A stretch of DNA of 64,000 bases, taken from contig SBBC01000013.1 in the NCBI GenBank assembly GCA_005239865.1, positions 36,759 through 100,758 of the forward strand. Reading direction: 5' to 3'. The position numbers and the translations under genes were made by a program. Shown piece after piece: positions 9,900 through 18,921 of the stretch. Within the stretch, counting starts at the first letter, position 1, and every line of letters starts with the position of its first letter. The notes under the pieces were generated by a model that searched no databases, was not told where the DNA came from, and worked only from the letters and a program-made list of their open reading frames with translations. This stretch comes from Candidatus Microgenomatus auricola (GTDB lineage Bacteria; Patescibacteriota; Patescibacteriia; SBBC01).

Positions 9900-11546
9900 A
9901 TGCGAAAAAACCCCTGGTTGAGCTTAGCGCTAATTCTCGTTCTGACCGTCGTCGTCGGTACGATCGATTACCCCCGTGGTCCTGATCTTCGAATCGGTCG
10001 CTATTTTAAAGAACTGAAAGTTCACCTGGGATTGGACCTCCAGGGCGGGACGCGTCTGATTTACGACGCTGATACCTCCACCATCCCGGAGCGAGACCGT
10101 GAAGACGCGCTCCAGGGCGTGCGTGACGTGGTTGAACGTCGCGTCAACGCCTTTGGCGTTTCCGAGCCGGTGGTCCAGACTAACCGTGTCGGTAGCCAGT
10201 GGCGGGTGTCAGTTGAGTTGGCCGGCGTGCGCGATATCAACGAAGCCATTCGCTTGATCGGGGAAACGCCATTTCTCGAATTCCGGGAAGAAACGCCACC
10301 AGTTCAACTTCGCACTGACGAGGAAGCCAAGGCCCGCGCTCAAGACGTCTTGCAGAAGATCGGTGCTCCCAACGCGGATTTTGCCGCTTTGGCAAAGGAA
10401 TTTTCCGACGACCCCGGATCGAAAGATCTAGGCGGCGATTTGGGCTTTGCTCGCCGCGGTCAATTCGTCAACGAATTTGAAGTCGCTCTCTTTGACGAAT
10501 TGCAAGACGGTGAGATTGTCAACCAGCCGATCAAAACGCAATTCGGCTACCACCTCATCAAACGGATTGAATCGCGAGCAATCGACGATGGGAGTGGAAA
10601 TCAGACAGCGGAAGTTCATGGCCAGCACATTCTCGTCGCCACCACCCAGCCACCGCCTGAAGGTAACTTTACCCCGACTAAACTGTCTGGAAAAAACCTC
10701 CGCCATGCAACTGTCCAGTTCGATCCAAATACCGGCGAACCGGAAGTCGGACTCCAATTTGATGACGAGGGAACGCAGCTCTTCGCCGACATCACCAAAC
10801 GGAACGTCGGAAAAAGCGTGGCCATTTACCTCGACGGTAGTCCGATCTCGATCCCCGTTGTCCAGCAGGAAATTACGGCTGGCACGGCCGTCATCACCGG
10901 TAACTTCTCACTGGCGGAAGCGAAGGTTTTAGCTCGGCGTCTCAATGCCGGCGCTTTACCCGTACCGATTATGCTCGTCAATCAGCAGACTGTCGGACCG
11001 AGCTTAGGAAAGGAATCGGTAGCGCGGAGTGTCTTCGCTGGCCTGGTTGGGATCTTGGCGGTGGCTGCCTTTATGGTGGCCTACTATCGTCTTCCCGGAC
11101 TCTTGGCGACCTTCGCCTTGGGACTGTATGCGCTCATCGTGTTGGCAGTTTTCAAGCTCTGGCCAATTACCTTGACGCTAGCTGGGGTGGCTGGATTTAT
11201 TCTTTCAATTGGCATGGCGGTTGACGCGAACGTTCTCATCTTCGAACGCTTTCGTGAAGAACTTCGGAGCGGACGCCCACTCCAGAGTGCGCTGGACGAA
11301 GGATTCCGGCGGGCCTGGCTCTCGATTCGCGATTCAAACGTCTCGACGCTCATCACCGCTCTTATTCTGGCCTGGTTCGGAACAAGTATTATCAAGGGTT
11401 TTGCCATCACGCTAGCCATTGGCATCATCGTCAGCATGTTTACTGCCATTTCCGTCTCGCGGACTCTCTTACGGGTGGTCGGAACGCAGTGGCTCGACCG
11501 TCGCCGAGGATTAATCGGCGCAAACATTCCGCCGGCATCATCCTAA
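9900..11546 (+). CDS. secD: Protein-export membrane protein SecD with a parvulin-type PPIase domain inserted in the periplasmic P1 region
   Basis: SecD start 'LGLDLQGG', P1 head and 6 C-terminal TM segments. Residues ~131-255 carry parvulin motifs ('GGDLGFARRGQFVNEFEVALF', 'GEIVNQPIKTQFGYHLIK'). Confidence 0.85.
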   Translation: MRKNPWLSLALILVLTVVVGTIDYPRGPDLRIGRYFKELKVHLGLDLQGGTRLIYDADTSTIPERDREDALQGVRDVVERRVNAFGVSEPVVQTNRVGSQWRVSVELAGVRDINEAIRLIGETPFLEFREETPPVQLRTDEEAKARAQDVLQKIGAPNADFAALAKEFSDDPGSKDLGGDLGFARRGQFVNEFEVALFDELQDGEIVNQPIKTQFGYHLIKRIESRAIDDGSGNQTAEVHGQHILVATTQPPPEGNFTPTKLSGKNLRHATVQFDPNTGEPEVGLQFDDEGTQLFADITKRNVGKSVAIYLDGSPISIPVVQQEITAGTAVITGNFSLAEAKVLARRLNAGALPVPIMLVNQQTVGPSLGKESVARSVFAGLVGILAVAAFMVAYYRLPGLLATFALGLYALIVLAVFKLWPITLTLAGVAGFILSIGMAVDANVLIFERFREELRSGRPLQSALDEGFRRAWLSIRDSNVSTLITALILAWFGTSIIKGFAITLAIGIIVSMFTAISVSRTLLRVVGTQWLDRRRGLIGANIPPASS

Positions 11547-11550
11547 ACCA

Positions 11551-12444
11551 ATGTATCGGATCATTCAAAAACGCAACTATCTGTTTGCCTTGTCGCTGGC
11601 GCTGTTGGTGCCTGGCATGATCGGCTGGTGGCTGTGGGGACTGCGACTGGGTATCGATTTTACTGGCGGGACGGTCATGACCGTCGTCATTCCCTCGGCC
11701 CCGACACCCGAAGAGGTAAAGACTGCCCTGAGCGCGACCGCATTTGGAAATGCCGTCATCGAACGCGCCGATAAAGATGAATATCTCCTCCGGCTTCCCC
11801 AGCTCTCCAACGAACAGCATGCATCATTAAATGCGACATTGACCAGCGCATTCACCGATGCCACAGAATTGGCATTCGAAACGGTTGGCCCGACGATCGG
11901 ACGTGAATTGAAACAGCGCGCGGTCGTAGCCGTGGTGACCGTCCTGGTTGCAATCATTCTTTACATCACCTGGGCTTTTCGAAAGGTTTCGTCCGGGCCA
12001 GTCCCGTCGTGGGTTTACGGATTGTCGGCTTTTGTCGCACTCCTTCACGATGTCTTCATGGTAGTCGGCGTCTTTGCTATTCTTGGCCATGTCTTTAAGC
12101 TCGAGGTCAATTCCTTGTTCGTCACGGCTCTGCTCACAGTTCTCGGTTTCTCCGTTCACGATACGATTGTGGTCTTTGATCGGATTCGTGAGCGTCTGCG
12201 CTTGAGTGCCGCGCGAACATTCGAGGACGTGGTCAACGAAAGCTTGAATCAAACCCTGGTTCGATCTCTGAATACATCCATCACCACCCTCCTCGTCCTG
12301 GTTGCGTTATTCATCTTCGGAGGAAGCTCAATTCGCTTCTTCGTTTTAGCCCTCATTATCGGGATTACGCTGGGTACGTACTCCTCGATTTTTGTCGCCT
12401 CACCGCTCTTGGTCGTTTACGAGCGGTTGCGGTCGCGACCGTAG
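11551..12444 (+). CDS. secF: Protein-export membrane protein SecF
   Basis: 297 aa. SecF topology and motifs ('GIDFTGGT', 'HDTIVVFDRIRE'). Confidence 0.9.
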   Translation: MYRIIQKRNYLFALSLALLVPGMIGWWLWGLRLGIDFTGGTVMTVVIPSAPTPEEVKTALSATAFGNAVIERADKDEYLLRLPQLSNEQHASLNATLTSAFTDATELAFETVGPTIGRELKQRAVVAVVTVLVAIILYITWAFRKVSSGPVPSWVYGLSAFVALLHDVFMVVGVFAILGHVFKLEVNSLFVTALLTVLGFSVHDTIVVFDRIRERLRLSAARTFEDVVNESLNQTLVRSLNTSITTLLVLVALFIFGGSSIRFFVLALIIGITLGTYSSIFVASPLLVVYERLRSRP

Positions 12445-12486
12445 ATCACACCATCTTAAGGTTCAGGCCCGCGCCGAGTCATCCAT

Positions 12487-12521
12487 CATTCGCCTGAAAG
12501 ACTCATGTGCGAATGTTTTTG
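12487..12521 (+). terminator. Rho-independent terminator candidate after secF
   Basis: Inverted repeat cattcgc...gcgaatg (7 bp) followed by TTTTTG. Confidence 0.45.
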
Positions 12522-12543
12522 TCAACTTTGCAGCGGTTTGTTC

Positions 12544-12572
12544 TTGACAGAAAATGGATGATATGCTATATT
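12544..12572 (+). promoter_or_regulatory. Sigma70-type promoter, TTGACA-N17-TATATT with extended -10 (TGC)
   Basis: Consensus -35 and 17-nt spacer. The 'tgctatatt' forms an extended -10. About 30 nt upstream of the 12605 ATG. Confidence 0.6.
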
Positions 12573-12604
12573 ATACTTAGCTAAACCCATACAGTTCAAA
12601 CCAG

Positions 12605-13753
12605 ATGGAATCAAACGAAACGCAAGAAACGCGAAAAGTTTCCAACTCGATCCTTGATCGGGTGCTTTCGAGTCAGCAAGCCGCCGCGATTGAGCATTTT
12701 GTTCCGAGCGAGACGTTTTCTTCATTAGCACGATCGTTATTGGAAAAAGAGCATGATGTGCTCCGCCGGAGATTCGGCCTCCACGGTCAGGATCCGGAAA
12801 CACTCGAGGAAATCGGAAAATTATACGCCGTCACCCGCGAACGTATTCGTCAGATTGAAAATACGGGTGTTTTGAAAATGCTCCACGCGAAACACTACCG
12901 TGAGACGATCACCCCGGTCGAGCGGCTGCTCATGAACGTTTTTAACACCTACGGCGGCATCATCGAGGAGCAACTGTTTTTTCAAGAAACGTTGAGCCAC
13001 GGCGGTAACTCTCCGTCGGAACAACGGGCCCTGACCTTCCTGCTGACGAAACTCTTGACCCATCGTTTTAGCTACCATCCACCGGATCAGGAACTCCGTG
13101 CTAGCTGGAAACTCAAGGCCCAGTCACTGGAACTCGTACGTCAGGTGATCAGCGACCTCATGACCATCGTCCAAGAACGCCGCCAGCCGCTCTTGCGGGC
13201 GGAGCTCCTAGAAGCGTTCCGTGCCCGTCCGCTCTTCCAACGGCATGCTTCATTGTTGAACGACGAGGTTGTCAGTTCATACCTCAATCTGTCCGTCGCC
13301 ATCAGTCATAATCCCTTCGGCGAGTACGGCCTCACGACCTGGGGCACCATCATTCCGAAACGAATGAACGATAAAATCTACCTGGTTCTCAAGAAGGCCG
13401 GTCGGCCGCTCCACTTCACCGAGATTGCCAGACAGATTAATCAGACCGGATTCGACCATCGCCGGGCCTATCCGCCGACCGTACATAACGAATTAATTCT
13501 CAATCCCCAGTACGTCCTCGTCGGACGGGGGATTTACGCCCTGGCTGAATGGGGCTACAAACCCGGCGTCGTGGCCGAGGTCCTGGTCGACATTCTCAAA
13601 CAGGAAAATCGAGCCATGACGCGCGACGAACTGATCGATCGAGTAGCCAAACAACGACTGGTCAAGCGGAACACCATTCTCCTAGCCCTGACGAACAAGC
13701 AACTTTTTCGACGGCTAGCTTCGGGCGCGTATGAACTGGTCAAACAAACCTAA
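12605..13753 (+). CDS. DNA-binding protein with an N-terminal sigma-70 region-4-like HTH and a C-terminal HARE-HTH domain
   Basis: Region 4 signature 'LRRRFGLHGQDPETLEEIGKLYAVTRERIRQIENTGVLKM'. C-terminal 'YLVLKKAGRPLHFTEIARQI...VLVGRGIYALAEWG' resembles HARE-HTH. No sigma region 2 is present. Confidence 0.6.
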   Translation: MESNETQETRKVSNSILDRVLSSQQAAAIEHFVPSETFSSLARSLLEKEHDVLRRRFGLHGQDPETLEEIGKLYAVTRERIRQIENTGVLKMLHAKHYRETITPVERLLMNVFNTYGGIIEEQLFFQETLSHGGNSPSEQRALTFLLTKLLTHRFSYHPPDQELRASWKLKAQSLELVRQVISDLMTIVQERRQPLLRAELLEAFRARPLFQRHASLLNDEVVSSYLNLSVAISHNPFGEYGLTTWGTIIPKRMNDKIYLVLKKAGRPLHFTEIARQINQTGFDHRRAYPPTVHNELILNPQYVLVGRGIYALAEWGYKPGVVAEVLVDILKQENRAMTRDELIDRVAKQRLVKRNTILLALTNKQLFRRLASGAYELVKQT

Positions 13754-13763
13754 ATCTTGAACC

Positions 13764-15233
13764 ATGGAAATCATTCTCGATTTAAGCGGCGTCAGCGGTG
13801 CGCAGGGGATTCCGAACCCCCTGGCGGTCATGTGGACGCTCTTGACCCACGGTGGCTGGATCGCGCTCATTCCCGTTTTTTTGTGGGGTGGATTCGCCAT
13901 TTGGCTCAACTATATCCAGGGGGTCTACGCCATGCGACAAAAGTACGTACTGCTGGCGATCGATGTACCGAAAGAAAATGAATTAAGTCCTAAAGCCGTT
14001 GAGCAAGTTTTTGCGCACCTCTCGGGAATTTACAAGAGTGGGAATAAAAAAGAGCGGTACCTGCGGGGTTACCTCATGCCATCGCTGTCACTCGAACTGG
14101 TTAGTATTGAGGGATATGTCCAGTTTCTCATTCGTACTCCGGCAAAATTCCGCGACCTAGTCGAAGCGACCATCTACGCACAATATCCGAATGCCGAAAT
14201 TTCTGAAGTCGGGGATTATGCCACGGAATTCAAAGCCGAGTTCCCGAACGAGGAGTACGACATCTGGGGGACGGAGCTCAAACTGACGAATAAACAGCAC
14301 TACCCGATTCGGACCTACCCCATGTTCGAGCACTCACTGTCACAGACCTTCTATGATCCAATGGCTAGCATTCTTGAATTTTTTTCGCGGATGCAGCGGG
14401 GTGAACAAGTGTGGTTACAAATTGTTATCACACCGCCGCGGACCGATGATTGGCGCAAGGACGGAATGCGGCTTGTCAAAAAGCTGATTGGCGCACGCGG
14501 GGCGCCGTCTGGCATGCCCGGCTACGTCAACATCCCGTCACAAGTTCTCCGCGGGATCTATGAAACTGCGGCCGCCTCGGTGATTGCTCCAGGCACGTCG
14601 GAAGAACGCCGGAACGAAGAGAATCAACCACCGAGCTTAATGCTCCATCTCCCGCCAAACGAGCGAGCGGTGGTTGAACAGGTTGGCATGAAAATCTCTA
14701 AAATTGGTTGGTTAACGAAAATGCGGCTTATCTACATCGGTAAACACGGCGTCTTCACAAAAGACCGAATTTCGCCGCTCATGGGCGCACTGCGACAATT
14801 CAACACCCTCGACATGAACGGATTCACGCTCGACTCGAAGACCAAAACGAACATTGATTATTTTGTCAATCCACGGGTCAACTGGCGCAAACGTCGCCTG
14901 ATGCTCGGCTACAAGTATCGCAGCAACTGGCGTGGTCGCAATCTGTTCATCATGAACGTTGAAGAACTCGCCACAATTTTCCACTTCCCCGTGACGACGG
15001 TAGTCAAAGCACCGCGAGTTCAAAAGACCGAAGCCAAGCGCGGTGAGCCGCCGGCCGCGCTGCCAGTCGAATCGGAGTTTCAACGCGTCCGCCCGTTTAC
15101 GCCCGGCCAATCGGCCTTTCCGCCGCCAGCCGAGCGACCAGCGGTTGAACTGCCAACGATTGTCACCCCGCCAGAACTCAAACCGACTCCACCCCGCAAG
15201 GGTGGCCATGCCCCCGGTAATCTTCCGGTCTAG
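13764..15233 (+). CDS. Membrane-anchored hypothetical protein (one N-terminal TM segment and a Pro-rich C-terminal tail)
   Basis: TM segment 'GGWIALIPVFLWGGFAIWL'. No family recognised. Pro-rich tail 'PPAERPAVELPTIVTPPELKPTPP'. Sits 10 nt after the HTH gene and 12 nt before the ATPase gene. Confidence 0.45.
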   Translation: MEIILDLSGVSGAQGIPNPLAVMWTLLTHGGWIALIPVFLWGGFAIWLNYIQGVYAMRQKYVLLAIDVPKENELSPKAVEQVFAHLSGIYKSGNKKERYLRGYLMPSLSLELVSIEGYVQFLIRTPAKFRDLVEATIYAQYPNAEISEVGDYATEFKAEFPNEEYDIWGTELKLTNKQHYPIRTYPMFEHSLSQTFYDPMASILEFFSRMQRGEQVWLQIVITPPRTDDWRKDGMRLVKKLIGARGAPSGMPGYVNIPSQVLRGIYETAAASVIAPGTSEERRNEENQPPSLMLHLPPNERAVVEQVGMKISKIGWLTKMRLIYIGKHGVFTKDRISPLMGALRQFNTLDMNGFTLDSKTKTNIDYFVNPRVNWRKRRLMLGYKYRSNWRGRNLFIMNVEELATIFHFPVTTVVKAPRVQKTEAKRGEPPAALPVESEFQRVRPFTPGQSAFPPPAERPAVELPTIVTPPELKPTPPRKGGHAPGNLPV

Positions 15234-15245
15234 CCGCACGGTGCC

Positions 15246-16964
15246 ATGAAGCCCATTCAACCTTCACTCTCAACCGTCCCGACCGTCCTCCCACCGCTGC
15301 AGACGCAGCCGTCACATGAGGATCGGATTACCTACTTCGCGGAAACGAACTTTCACAACGTTCGCCGTAAGTTTGGCATTAAGACTGATGATCGTCGGCG
15401 TCACATGTATCTCATTGGCAAAACCGGCATGGGCAAGTCGACCGCATTGGAAAACATGGTCATGGCGGACATCAATGCCGGCAACGGGCTGGTGGTCATT
15501 GATCCGCTGGGCGACTTGGTGGAAAAAGTGATTGATTTCATCCCGTCGCACCGCGTCAACGACATCATTTACTTCAATCCAGCCGACTTCGATCATCCGG
15601 TCGCCTTCAACGTGCTCGAAGCTATTGATCCGAATCACCATCACCTCGTCGCCTCCGGACTGATCGCGGTCTTTAAGAAAATCTGGGTTGATTCCTGGGG
15701 ACCGCGCTTGGAATACGTTTTGCGCAACTGCATTCTGTCATTGCTCGAATATCCTGGCTCAACCTTGCTTGGCGTCACCCGCCTGCTGGTCGACAAGAGG
15801 TATCGCGCCAAGATCGTAGCGCGGGTGTCTGATCCGATTGTCAAGGCCTTCTGGGTCGACGAATTCGCCGCCTACTCCAACCAGTTTCGGACCGAAGCGA
15901 TTAGCCCGATTCAGAACAAGGTCGGTCAATTCCTGTCCTCATCGGTCATTCGAAATATCGTCGGTCAGCCCAAGTCCTCATTTGATCTCCGCTGGCTGAT
16001 GGACGAAGGCAAGATTCTCCTCATGAATCTCTCCAAGGGGCGCATCGGCGAAGACAACAGCTCGCTGCTCGGCGCGATGATGATTACAAAACTTCAGTTG
16101 GCGGCCATGAGTCGGATTGACATTCCCGAGTCCCAACGGCGAGACTTCTACATGTACGTTGACGAATTCCAAAACTTCGCGACCGAATCTTTCGCTACAA
16201 TCCTGTCTGAAGCGCGCAAATACCACCTCAACCTGATTATTGCCCACCAGTACATCGAGCAGCTCTCGGAAACTGTTCAGGCGTCGGTCTTCGGGAATGT
16301 TGGCACGATTGCCTGTTTCCGCATTGGTGCGGCCGACGCCGAATTCCTGGAGAAAGAGTTTGCTCCGATTTTTACGGAAACTGATCTCGTCAATCTGGCG
16401 AAATACGATATTTACCTCAAGCTCATGATCGACGGTATCGCATCTGATCCTTTTTCAGCCACCGGACTTCCGCCGATCGATCAGACCTACCAAAAAGAAG
16501 ACAACCGCGATAAAATCATTCGTGTTTCTCGTGAACGGTATGCCACACCCCGCACCGTGGTCGAGGAAAAAATAATGCGCTGGAGTGGCGTTGGCGAAAT
16601 CTTCCGAGGCAGCGCCGACGAAGAAAATACGGCTGCCCAACGCGAGCAACGTAGAGCCGCGGCCGTCAACGAACCACCAGCTAAACCAAAGCTTGATCTT
16701 GCTCGCGATGAGATTGTGGAAGAACCCACGGTCGTCGCCACACCACCGCCCATCTCGCTCAACGAAGCACTGAAGAAACCACCAGTCACGTTTGGACAGC
16801 CGAAATCACCAGCCCGGCCAGCCCTCCGTTTACCCGATCAGCGACCCACGCCGCCGACCAGACAATTTCGGGGTGAGCACCTGCGTCGACGACCGCCGCC
16901 TCCCATCCGCCCGGAACGACCGGCCCCAATTCCGCTACAACCAGGCAGAACCGTCCGACCGTGA
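15246..16964 (+). CDS. TraD/TrwB/VirD4-like (coupling-protein / HerA-FtsK superfamily) P-loop ATPase with a Pro/Arg-rich C-terminal tail
   Basis: Walker A 'GKTGMGKST'. An inserted all-alpha-like region. Walker B 'YMYVDEFQNF', then 'LIIAHQYIEQL' (the QS..QL-like motif of coupling proteins). No N-terminal TM domain. Confidence 0.55.
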   Translation: MKPIQPSLSTVPTVLPPLQTQPSHEDRITYFAETNFHNVRRKFGIKTDDRRRHMYLIGKTGMGKSTALENMVMADINAGNGLVVIDPLGDLVEKVIDFIPSHRVNDIIYFNPADFDHPVAFNVLEAIDPNHHHLVASGLIAVFKKIWVDSWGPRLEYVLRNCILSLLEYPGSTLLGVTRLLVDKRYRAKIVARVSDPIVKAFWVDEFAAYSNQFRTEAISPIQNKVGQFLSSSVIRNIVGQPKSSFDLRWLMDEGKILLMNLSKGRIGEDNSSLLGAMMITKLQLAAMSRIDIPESQRRDFYMYVDEFQNFATESFATILSEARKYHLNLIIAHQYIEQLSETVQASVFGNVGTIACFRIGAADAEFLEKEFAPIFTETDLVNLAKYDIYLKLMIDGIASDPFSATGLPPIDQTYQKEDNRDKIIRVSRERYATPRTVVEEKIMRWSGVGEIFRGSADEENTAAQREQRRAAAVNEPPAKPKLDLARDEIVEEPTVVATPPPISLNEALKKPPVTFGQPKSPARPALRLPDQRPTPPTRQFRGEHLRRRPPPPIRPERPAPIPLQPGRTVRP

Positions 16965-17761
16965 GGTGGCTGTGGGTTCTTTTCGCCGTCTGCCTGCTCA
17001 ACGTTCAGGCGCTGGATGTCGGTGAAGCGAAGACAAGTCCACGCCCATATTTGCCAACCATCACTCATTCCAGGGTGCTTGGTAGCGTCAGCTTCAGATT
17101 GCCAGTATTGCTCTATCACTATGTCCGGGAAATCCCTGACGATGACCCGCTCGGTGCCTCGCTCTCGATCACGCCATTGAATTTCCGCCGGCAACTTAAT
17201 TTCTTGCTCGAGAACGGCTACACGCCAGTCTCAATCAAGACGCTTGTCCGGGCCCTCGACGGCAGCGAAACTTTACCACCACGCCCAATCATCTTGACCT
17301 TTGACGATAGCACGGCTGATTTCGCTCAAACCGTTTTTCCGCTGCTATCCGCCTATGGTATCCCGGCCGTGGTCTTTGTGGTGACTGGATTTGTCGGAAC
17401 ACCCAACTATCTTTCGTGGAGCGAGATCAGAAAAATCTCGCGCTCGCCGTTAATCTCCATCGGTTCGCATGGACTGAATCATGTCAGTTTTACGCAACTT
17501 CCCGATCCAATCGCCGACCGTCAAATCCTCCTCTCCCGAAACATCCTGGCCGCCACCACCAACCAACCGATTGATTCCCTGGCGTATCCAAACGGAGCCT
17601 TCAACCAACGTACCACGACAAGCGTCAACCAAGCTGGGTATGACGTCGCCTTCACCGCCCGTCGCGGCGTGGTGCATGCGTCCGATCGCCGCTTCGAACT
17701 TCCACGCATCCGTCCCGGCGGTTCGGTTGATTCACTCGATCAGGCCCTAACGCCGCCGTGA
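16961..17761 (+). CDS. Secreted polysaccharide deacetylase (NodB homology domain)
   Basis: GTG start overlaps the preceding stop. Signal peptide present. Motifs 'ILTFDDS' and 'SHGLNH'. Confidence 0.75.
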   Translation: MRWLWVLFAVCLLNVQALDVGEAKTSPRPYLPTITHSRVLGSVSFRLPVLLYHYVREIPDDDPLGASLSITPLNFRRQLNFLLENGYTPVSIKTLVRALDGSETLPPRPIILTFDDSTADFAQTVFPLLSAYGIPAVVFVVTGFVGTPNYLSWSEIRKISRSPLISIGSHGLNHVSFTQLPDPIADRQILLSRNILAATTNQPIDSLAYPNGAFNQRTTTSVNQAGYDVAFTARRGVVHASDRRFELPRIRPGGSVDSLDQALTPP

Positions 17762-17766
17762 CTTGA

Positions 17767-18921
17767 ATGGGCAGTGGATATATGCTAAACTCCGGCGGTA
17801 TGCAGCCGAAGCGAATTTTTGTCGCACTCTCAGGCGGCGTTGATTCAGCCGTCGCCGCAGCACTCCTTCAACGCGACGGTTATGAGGTTCAGGGTGTCTA
17901 CCTAAAATATGCCTCGGAGATCGTCCACGGGTTGGTCAATACTAGGTCATGTTCATGGGAACAAGATCTTGAATCAGTTCGCGCTGTAGGGAAACAACTG
18001 AATATCCCGGTCCAGTCACTCAACGTCGAGCGCCAGTACAACCAGGCCGTGGTTGCGGCGTTCCTCCGAGAATACGCGACGGGTCGGACACCGAACCCCG
18101 ATATCCTGTGCAATCGAGATATCAAATTTGGGCTTTTTTTACGTTGGGCAAAAGAGCGCGGGGCAGACGCGATCGCAACTGGACACTACGCCCGGATTGG
18201 GATTTGGGAAGGACGGTCGGTGCTGCTGGCCGGCGCTGATCACGACAAAGACCAATCGTATTTTCTCTATGCGCTGCCGGCCGACCATCTGCCGAACGTT
18301 AGATTTCCGATCGGACATCTCACCAAGCCACAGGTTCGCCAACTGGCGAAAAAGTTTAGACTGCCGAATGCCGACCGCCCGGACAGCCAGGGTATCTGCT
18401 TCGTCGGTAACCTAAACGTTCGAAAATTTCTCGAGCGCTTTATTCCCTCACATCCCGGACCAATCATCACAACCGACGGTCAACTCGTTGGCCAGCATCC
18501 TAGTCTGTCATACTTTACGATTGGTCAACGTCACGGCCTGGGCCTCGGCGGCGGAGCTCCGTACTATATCGTGGGAAAAGATCTCAAACGAAATACGTTG
18601 TTGGTCAGTCGCGGCGCAAACGATTCAGCCCTCTATCAACGGGTGCTCCTGACGGGCGAAATTTCCTGGACGGCCGGACCGCCAGTCGACCACACCTTGC
18701 TGTGTCAAGCGCGAATTAGGTACCGTCAGCCTCTTGAGACTGCTCTTGTGGAGCGTCGCCGTGACGGAACGGCGGTCGTAACGTTTGCCCATCGGCAGCG
18801 CGCCATTACCCCCGGGCAGGCGATTGTGTTCTACCACGACGACCTCGTTCTCGGTGGCGCCGTCATCGACCGGGTGCTGGCGGTAGCACAACCGTCAAGC
18901 CGCCTGGCCCAATTCTCATGA
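17767..18921 (+). CDS. mnmA: tRNA-specific 2-thiouridylase MnmA
   Basis: PP-loop 'ALSGGVDSAVAA'. Catalytic Cys motifs match MnmA. An alternative start at 17800 is possible. Confidence 0.85.
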   Translation: MGSGYMLNSGGMQPKRIFVALSGGVDSAVAAALLQRDGYEVQGVYLKYASEIVHGLVNTRSCSWEQDLESVRAVGKQLNIPVQSLNVERQYNQAVVAAFLREYATGRTPNPDILCNRDIKFGLFLRWAKERGADAIATGHYARIGIWEGRSVLLAGADHDKDQSYFLYALPADHLPNVRFPIGHLTKPQVRQLAKKFRLPNADRPDSQGICFVGNLNVRKFLERFIPSHPGPIITTDGQLVGQHPSLSYFTIGQRHGLGLGGGAPYYIVGKDLKRNTLLVSRGANDSALYQRVLLTGEISWTAGPPVDHTLLCQARIRYRQPLETALVERRRDGTAVVTFAHRQRAITPGQAIVFYHDDLVLGGAVIDRVLAVAQPSSRLAQFS

